Positions 59,037 to 64,000 of a stretch of 64,000 nucleotides of DNA are shown here, one piece after another. The DNA lies in IMG/VR virus record IMGVR_UViG_3300025141_000021, one strand, 5' to 3'. This DNA comes from a virus. The position numbers were made by a program, and so were the translations under genes. The notes beneath the pieces are model-generated. The model searched no databases. It saw nothing but the letters and a program-made list of their open reading frames with translations, and was not told the DNA's origin. Each line of letters begins with the position of its first letter. The stretch's first letter is position 1.

Positions 59037-59759
59037 CTATATCCTCGCGATATTATCTATCTTAATAAATAGTTGTGGGCTCACTTTTTGAAGATACCGC
59101 GGATCATCTGTATAATATCCTTCGAAGCCATTGGCAAAGTATTCACGCAAAGAAGTCGCCGCATAGGGAGATAAAAATAACCCCATAGTCAAAGCAGTAA
59201 GAGACGGATATCCAATTTCTTTGTATAAGAAATTATCAAATTCAGATGAATACTCCGAATTCATGAAAGGTTCTAGAGGAAGTTCATAACCCTCTGCCTT
59301 TAATATATCAAACAATCTTTTCCGTTTTCCCAAAAACTCTTTTTCAATTGCTCCATCCATATATATGTCCGTACCATAAGCCTCTTCAATTGCGTGTGCC
59401 AATTCGTGAATAATATTTTCAATCATTTGTTCTTCGCTGTGTTGTAGATTTGTCAAATAAAGAGCGCCATCTTTATAAAGTGCCTGAAGTTCTCTTTCAG
59501 CTAATTCTTCGAATCTTCCCACATAAATCATATCAATTTCTTTAGCTAGTTGGAGTGGTACTGTGTTTTCAACTTCCCCTAAAACGGCCGCTAAATCAAT
59601 ATTCTCTGGCATAGGATCTTTGACATATACATATATGTCTCCAAAGAACGTGTACTCTTGTCGTTCTCTGAGCGTTTTTTCAAACGAATAACGGATATAC
59701 CTAATTGTTTTTATCCTGTTTGTTTGATTCTCGCATGAATTTTTGTCCTTCTTCTGCAT
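59037..59759 (-). CDS. Zincin-like HExxH metalloprotease-fold protein (240 aa)
   Basis: IIHELAHAIEE and downstream SPYAATSLREYFANGFE (third-ligand Glu). Start uncertain. Confidence 0.65.
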   Translation of the reverse strand: MQKKDKNSCENQTNRIKTIRYIRYSFEKTLRERQEYTFFGDIYVYVKDPMPENIDLAAVLGEVENTVPLQLAKEIDMIYVGRFEELAERELQALYKDGALYLTNLQHSEEQMIENIIHELAHAIEEAYGTDIYMDGAIEKEFLGKRKRLFDILKAEGYELPLEPFMNSEYSSEFDNFLYKEIGYPSLTALTMGLFLSPYAATSLREYFANGFEGYYTDDPRYLQKVSPQLFIKIDNIARI

Positions 59760-60003
59760 CTGATAATCCTTGGTGATATCCTCTTATCCAATTTTCTTCT
59801 GCCACAACCATTAAAAATTCCGGAAATTCCTTTGCCATCGTATCGATGACCATTTCAACCGTAACCTTATCCTCTTCTGGCTGTTGTGTCTCTCCAACAT
59901 AATTAACCAGCCATTCCTTAAGTGGAGTATTTTTTTGTACTTTTTTATCCAAATAGGGATTTTCTAATTCTTTCTCTGTCTTTTCAAGTTCTTTTATGTC
60001 CAT
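59701..60003 (-). CDS. Hypothetical acidic protein (~100 aa)
   Basis: Start taken at ATG 60003, 4 nt after the phoH stop, rather than the track's 60018. Confidence 0.65.
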   Translation of the reverse strand: MDIKELEKTEKELENPYLDKKVQKNTPLKEWLVNYVGETQQPEEDKVTVEMVIDTMAKEFPEFLMVVAEENWIRGYHQGLSDAEEGQKFMRESNKQDKNN

Positions 60004-60007
60004 TGCT

Positions 60008-61336
60008 TTATAATACACGAGAAGCTAAAGTTGCTACCTTGCTTCTCTCTCCTTTCTGAAGTGTTATGTGCCCTGATATATCGTGAGCTTTTAATTTTTC
60101 TACAGCGTATGTTAGCCCATTAGAGAACTCATCAATATAAACACTATCAATTTGTTCAATATCTCCAGTTAAAATAACTTTCGTTCCCTCGCCAACTCTT
60201 GTAATAATAGTCTTTAATTCGTGACTTGTTAAGTTTTGTGCCTCATCGATTATGATATATGCATTAGAAATTGAACGTCCACGAATATAGGTCAGCGCCT
60301 CAATTTCAACCACACCGCGATCCATATAGTCTCTTAGCGTTATTTTATCATTTCCCATTAAGAATTGAAGATTATCTTGAATAGGCATTAGCCAAGGAGA
60401 CATTTTTTCTTCCAACGTGCCGGGAAGAAAGCCTATATCCTTTCCCAAAGGCTGAACCGGACGAGAAACAATTAAACGAGTATACACTTGTGCCACACCG
60501 GTTATATCTTCCAAAGTTTGTTGTAAGCCGGCTGCGATTGCACAAAGCGTTTTTCCAGAGCCCGCTTTCCCGACTAAACTAACAATTGGAATCGCTGGAT
60601 CCATTAATAAGTCCATTGCAAATGATTGTTCTTTGTTCCTTGCTTTGATATTCCAAACTCCTTTTTTAAAATTTGCAACTTTCTTTAATGGTTTGTTTTG
60701 GCCAGCATACCGAGCCAATGCTGACTTTTTTTCATTAGAATTAGAAACGAGCATTAAAAATTGGTTTGGATAAAATTGAGCCAAACCTGTTTCATCTAAA
60801 CAAACCTTTTCATTATCATAAAATTGATCTACAAATTGATCATCGACAAGAACAGTTGTATGGCCTTTATATAATTCAGTTCGTTCTCTTATAACGTGGC
60901 TTGGTTCATAATCTTCGCTTTGTAATCCAAGAGCATTACATATAACCCGCATGTTAACATCGTTTGAGACTGCAATTACTTTTCTTTTAGGATTATCGTT
61001 TTGTTCTGATAATGCTGTCGCGACAATCATATGGTCTGGTATCGACAAATCCAGATCTGCCGGTAGATTTAAGGATTCAAATCCGCGAACCCTAATAATA
61101 CCAAAACCCTTGCCAAGCCTAACTCCGTTTCCTAAGTTTCCTTTTTGCCGAAGATTGTCCAACGTTCGAATGGTTAGTCGGGCGTTTAAACCTACAAGGT
61201 CTTGTCGCTTTTTGTGTTTATCAATTTCTTCTAAAACTTTGAGTGGGATTACAATGTCATTGTTCCCGTATGAATGAATTGAACTGGCATCTGTCAAATA
61301 GACACTAGTGTCTAGAACATAGGTCTTTTTTGCCAT
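60008..61336 (-). CDS. phoH: PIN-PhoH (PhoH2/YlaK-type) protein
   Basis: PIN motifs YVLDTSV and DHMIVA..SNDVNMR; Walker A GKAGSGKT; IRGRS; IIIDEAQN; TGDIEQID. Confidence 0.93.
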   Translation of the reverse strand: MAKKTYVLDTSVYLTDASSIHSYGNNDIVIPLKVLEEIDKHKKRQDLVGLNARLTIRTLDNLRQKGNLGNGVRLGKGFGIIRVRGFESLNLPADLDLSIPDHMIVATALSEQNDNPKRKVIAVSNDVNMRVICNALGLQSEDYEPSHVIRERTELYKGHTTVLVDDQFVDQFYDNEKVCLDETGLAQFYPNQFLMLVSNSNEKKSALARYAGQNKPLKKVANFKKGVWNIKARNKEQSFAMDLLMDPAIPIVSLVGKAGSGKTLCAIAAGLQQTLEDITGVAQVYTRLIVSRPVQPLGKDIGFLPGTLEEKMSPWLMPIQDNLQFLMGNDKITLRDYMDRGVVEIEALTYIRGRSISNAYIIIDEAQNLTSHELKTIITRVGEGTKVILTGDIEQIDSVYIDEFSNGLTYAVEKLKAHDISGHITLQKGERSKVATLASRVL

Positions 61337-61345
61337 CAGATATAA

Positions 61346-61645
61346 TTAGTCACTTTCATCTAAATAATACACGTTCCCTTCTTGCCTGGGGCCAGAATGG
61401 TCATAATCATTTAATGTAAAGTCTTCCAACTCTTCTTCAATGGCTTCCCAAGGCAAGGGAATCAGGCCGGCTTCGTTCAATGCCACTGCATGCATAACAA
61501 TCTCGTTATTAATGTCCCACATCTTTGCATGTAAAACTCCAAGGTCACGGCGAAAACGAAAAACCCATATGATAGTTGCAGCAGTCAAAAAAAGCTGTGC
61601 TACCCCATATAATATTAAAAAAAATAAAATTAAATTAGTATCCAT
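61346..61645 (-). CDS. Hypothetical membrane protein (99 aa)
   Basis: N-terminal hydrophobic helix LILFFLILYGVAQLFLTAATIIWVF. Confidence 0.6.
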   Translation of the reverse strand: MDTNLILFFLILYGVAQLFLTAATIIWVFRFRRDLGVLHAKMWDINNEIVMHAVALNEAGLIPLPWEAIEEELEDFTLNDYDHSGPRQEGNVYYLDESD

Positions 61646-62175
61646 TATTCCCTTTCATATTGTCTAATTGCTTCAAACAACATTATATTCGCTGTTTGTG
61701 AAGTATTTAAGCAGTATCCTACTCCCGGCATTGGTATATACACTACCTCAGACCTTCGAAGAATCTCAGGGGGAACTCCAGTCTCTTCGTTACCAACGAC
61801 CAAGCAAACAGGGCGAGTAAAATTGAAATTATAAGAAGATAGGGGTCTTGCACCTTCCTCCAACTCGCCAGATACAATTTGTATTCCCTCAAGCTGCGCG
61901 TGAGTAAGGAATTCTGATGGATTAGAAAATTGAATAATTTCAACATAATCTACTAACGACCCAGAAGTTGTTTTTACGCGAGACCGGTCAGGTATGTGTC
62001 CAATAACATAAAGCCGTTCTGCACCAAAGCAAGCAGCACTCCTAATAAGATACCCAAGGTTATCATCAACGCGGAAATTGATAGCGCAGAGACTAATCGG
62101 ATACTTCTTGGCATTTTTAAGTTTTTTATCATATCGTTGTCTTCTAGTATTTTCTCTCACTACCAGACTATCCAT
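61645..62175 (-). CDS. SPOUT (SpoU/TrmH/TrmL) RNA 2'-O-methyltransferase
   Basis: N.GYLIRSAACFG, VVGNEETGV, IPMPGVGYCLN motifs. The true start may be GTG at ~62160, overlapping the upstream stop. Confidence 0.88.
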   Translation of the reverse strand: MDSLVVRENTRRQRYDKKLKNAKKYPISLCAINFRVDDNLGYLIRSAACFGAERLYVIGHIPDRSRVKTTSGSLVDYVEIIQFSNPSEFLTHAQLEGIQIVSGELEEGARPLSSYNFNFTRPVCLVVGNEETGVPPEILRRSEVVYIPMPGVGYCLNTSQTANIMLFEAIRQYERE

Positions 62176-62579
62176 TCGCTAGCAAAATTTCCATCATTAT
62201 CCTCTGTTACGAATTCAATATCGTAAATGTTGTCGCAGTCAACTAAAGTGCTGGTAAACTGATAGCCGTATTGTCCTTGGCCATTGGCATACAGATAGTA
62301 TGTCCAGATATCATACCCGTAATACTCATAAATGTTAACTTCGACACTATAAATATTATTATAACCGCCTGTTGAATCAACATCGGCATAAAACTCCCAT
62401 ACCGACGAATCAGTATAGTATCCATATTCATGTGTGCAATATATATCTGCATGTTCGATCCAGACATGATCACTGTATGTATTATGTGGGGCGCCTGTTG
62501 TGTCGGTATATGTATCGTCGACAATAATATAACAGCCGCTCAAAAGACTAGCGAGGACAAAAGTAAAAATATTCTTCAT
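62160..62579 (-). CDS. Putative lipoprotein (139 aa), Tyr/Asp-rich
   Basis: MKNIFTFVLASLLSG-C lipobox. Start placed at ATG 62579 because the track's start (62594) lies inside the promoter. Confidence 0.75.
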   Translation of the reverse strand: MKNIFTFVLASLLSGCYIIVDDTYTDTTGAPHNTYSDHVWIEHADIYCTHEYGYYTDSSVWEFYADVDSTGGYNNIYSVEVNIYEYYGYDIWTYYLYANGQGQYGYQFTSTLVDCDNIYDIEFVTEDNDGNFASEWIVW

Positions 62580-62585
62580 ATTAAT

Positions 62586-62614
62586 ATTATACATCTTCTG
62601 TGTTTAGATGTCAA
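62586..62614 (-). promoter_or_regulatory. Consensus sigma70 promoter
   Basis: TTGACA (62614-62609), 17 nt spacer, TATAAT (62591-62586), with a T-tract upstream of the -35. Confidence 0.85.
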
Positions 62615-62628
62615 TAAAAAATGATGTT

Positions 62629-62704
62629 TGGTGAGCCATGAGGGACTCGAACCCCCAGCCGATGGATTAAAAGTCCACTGCTCTACCCGTTGAGCTAATG
62701 GCCC
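62629..62704 (-). tRNA. trnK: tRNA-Lys(UUU), CCA encoded
   Basis: GGGCCAT/ATGGCTC acceptor stem, GCTC/GAGC D-arm, GTGGA-CTTTTAA-TCCAT anticodon arm, GGGGG-TTCGAGT-CCCTC T-arm, ACCA end; 76 nt. Confidence 0.95.
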
Positions 62705-62723
62705 GTTTTCCAAACATTAATAA

Positions 62724-62854
62724 GCCTCCCAGCACCGGTTCTGCTCTGACGACTTCCCAGCTGTGACAAGTCGGGTTTGTCACGAACATCAGCGTCATAT
62801 TCCGATCACGGCATGGATCTTAAGGCGAACACTACTTCGCCGCTGCGCGGAGGC
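62724..62854. ncRNA. Candidate structured ncRNA (multi-branched, ~131 nt), family unknown; probably minus strand by context
   Basis: Closing stem GCCTCC/GGAGGC enclosing TGACG/CGTCA, GTGACAA/TTGTCAC and GGCGAA/TTCGCC stems. GC-rich, in the only sizeable intergenic gap, directly 5' of tRNA-Lys. Confidence 0.55.
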
Positions 62855-62863
62855 AGGTAAATA

Positions 62864-63169
62864 TTATTGAATTGGTTTGAGCGGGGCAACGCCGGTCGGT
62901 ACTTCTCCAGAGACCATTCCACCATGTTTTGCAATAACACTATTAACCACATGTGTGGGAACATAACCATACACGGTCTCAGTGGGCCGAGACTGATCTT
63001 CAGCCCATTCAATGATAAGTTCTTCGCGCTGAGATGGAAACCCAACTTCAACTTGAGTATATTTATCTGCTTCGTTGATACGTGGGCTACAATAAGCTCC
63101 CTCATTAGCTTGTACAGACATCGTAAATCCATCTTTACAAACAATTTTCTTATTTCGCTTTATTAGCAT
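62864..63169 (-). CDS. Hypothetical phage protein (101 aa)
   Basis: IVCKDGFTMSVQA..AYCSPR..VEVGFPS is a pattern I associate with small phage proteins; GTG/ATG-type coupling to the upstream gene. Confidence 0.7.
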   Translation of the reverse strand: MLIKRNKKIVCKDGFTMSVQANEGAYCSPRINEADKYTQVEVGFPSQREELIIEWAEDQSRPTETVYGYVPTHVVNSVIAKHGGMVSGEVPTGVAPLKPIQ

Positions 63170-63344
63170 TTTTCTTTCTCTTTTCGTAACTTTTTTGTGC
63201 TATTCCGCCGAAGGCGCCGCTATCTCCAAGAATATCGAGTAGCTCTTCATCTATAATTTCTCGTCGGATATTGTTTTTATCAACTTTAACATATCCTTTA
63301 TCAGTCTTTACAACCATATACTCATGCATATATCTCTTTGGCAT
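63150..63344 (-). CDS. Hypothetical protein (64 aa), C-terminus paralogous to neighbour
   Basis: TAATG-coupled; shares LGD.GA..G.AQ.SYE.RKK with 63344-63601. Confidence 0.65.
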   Translation of the reverse strand: MPKRYMHEYMVVKTDKGYVKVDKNNIRREIIDEELLDILGDSGAFGGIAQKSYEKRKKNANKAK

Positions 63345-63601
63345 TATTTCTTTTTTCTTTCTTCGTAGGATTCCTGCGCCTGTCCAGCCAGTGCGCCAAT
63401 ATCGCCCAAAAAATCTCGTAGTGTTTCATCGCCTCTCTTGTTTCCCGTAAAATGTTTCGGACCAACACGCATCGCATCCGGTGCATTAGGCATATGCCCG
63501 GTTTTCATGTTCTCGCGGATCTCCTTGTCGGTGTTGCCGTATGGCGACCACCATCCCCCACCGGGTTGCAAGATTTTTCCGTCTGCATTCATTACACTCA
63601 T
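63344..63601 (-). CDS. Hypothetical protein (85 aa), C-terminus paralogous to neighbour
   Basis: AAGGA SD just after tRNA-Leu; shares a C-terminal motif with the 64-aa gene. Confidence 0.7.
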   Translation of the reverse strand: MSVMNADGKILQPGGGWWSPYGNTDKEIRENMKTGHMPNAPDAMRVGPKHFTGNKRGDETLRDFLGDIGALAGQAQESYEERKKK

Positions 63602-63617
63602 GTTATTTCCTTATCTT

Positions 63618-63703
63618 TGGTAGGAGAGGCGGGATTCGAACCCGCAAGCCCGCACGGGCGGCAGATTTTGAGTCTGCTGTGTATACCGTTCCACCACTCT
63701 CCC
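63618..63703 (-). tRNA. trnL: tRNA-Leu(CAA), type II, CCA encoded
   Basis: GGGAGAG/CTCTCCT acceptor stem, GCAGA-CTCAAAA-TCTGC anticodon arm, GCCCG-TG-CGGGC variable arm, GCGGG-TTCGAAT-CCCGC T-arm, ACCA end; 86 nt. Confidence 0.96.
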
Positions 63704-63704
63704 G

Positions 63705-63995
63705 CTATAAATCGCTTAGTTTTCTACTAAAATTGATTTTAGGTTGTAGGTTCTTTCCTGAACGGATCCAGCCAAACTCATCTTTTCGGCTATTCCAATC
63801 TACAAACAGCTCTCCCTCTGTTGTATCCAAATCCAGTTCAACTTTATCTGGAAACTGATTTGTGTTTGTTACTCTCAAATACTCGATGCCGCCATTAACT
63901 GACACTTTGCCACAACTGCATGTTCTGTGATCATGCCTGGTCCGAGAAAATAGAATATCTTGGCATGCCTTACATTGGTATGCTTTAATAATCAT
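63705..63995 (-). CDS. Small Cys-rich (zinc-ribbon-like) phage protein (96 aa)
   Basis: CKAC...HDHRTCSCGKVSVNGG; its stop is 1 nt from the tRNA-Leu 5' end. Confidence 0.7.
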   Translation of the reverse strand: MIIKAYQCKACQDILFSRTRHDHRTCSCGKVSVNGGIEYLRVTNTNQFPDKVELDLDTTEGELFVDWNSRKDEFGWIRSGKNLQPKINFSRKLSDL

Positions 63996-64000
63996 TAAGC

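Noticed and set aside
62580-62594. Track start MYNINM for the lipoprotein
   Set aside because: That ATG overlaps the promoter spacer and -10 box; ATG 62579 gives a canonical signal peptide.
62777-62800. Hammerhead ribozyme (minus strand CTGATG)
   Set aside because: The core reads CUGAUGU rather than CUGANGA, and there is no correctly placed GAAA or NUH triplet.
62806-63144. 112-aa minus ORF extending into the candidate ncRNA
   Set aside because: It is out of frame with the better-supported 62864-63169 gene and has atypical composition.
297-63858. All + strand ORFs and short off-frame minus ORFs in the track (e.g. 353-811, 9990-10550, 21216-21761, 24901-25653)
   Set aside because: They lie fully within longer motif-bearing minus-strand genes, have no recognisable motifs or SD, and reflect antisense codon bias.
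1-64000. Eukaryotic giant-virus origin (suggested by glycosylation genes and NLS-like basic patches)
   Set aside because: Contractile-tail baseplate genes, a sigma factor, a sigma70 promoter, SD sequences, a lipobox and a peptidoglycan peptidase all indicate a bacteriophage.
1-64000. Stop-codon reassignment, inteins, introns or a diversity-generating retroelement
   Set aside because: TAA, TAG and TGA all end genes at coupled junctions, and multi-kb ORFs are intact in the standard code. I saw no intein splice motifs, reverse transcriptase, homing endonuclease or TR/VR repeat pair, though a by-eye search could miss a diverged repeat.

Overview
This 64 kb window is a gene-dense segment of a large tailed bacteriophage genome, probably a jumbo myovirus. 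Every credible gene lies on the minus strand, the standard genetic code is used, genes are often coupled by ATGA/TAATG overlaps, and bacterial Shine-Dalgarno and sigma70 signals are present. In transcription order (64 kb to 1) there are three modules. (1) An accessory/early block (~58-64 kb): tRNA-Leu(CAA), tRNA-Lys(UUU), a candidate structured ncRNA, a lipoprotein behind a perfect sigma70 promoter, a SPOUT RNA methyltransferase, PIN-PhoH, an HExxH protein and a Cas4/AddB-like nuclease. (2) A ~24 kb glycan island (33.5-57.9 kb): Gmd/Fcl, NeuA/NeuB, a Maf-like transferase, RmlB, DdhC/RfbH, a split transketolase, a class IV aminotransferase, a radical SAM enzyme, a sulfotransferase and about 8-9 glycosyltransferases, with no flippase or polymerase. 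(3) A gp55-like late sigma factor followed by an expanded contractile-tail baseplate module: an OB-fold/M15 peptidase protein, an HxH-tipped spike, a 2584-aa unknown, gp25-like, gp6/J-like, a 524-aa protein, a 3986-aa gp7-like protein with four LamG domains, a 315-aa protein, and a >1050-aa ORF that runs off the left edge and is missing from the ORF track. Family assignments come from motifs I recognised by eye; no database search was run.
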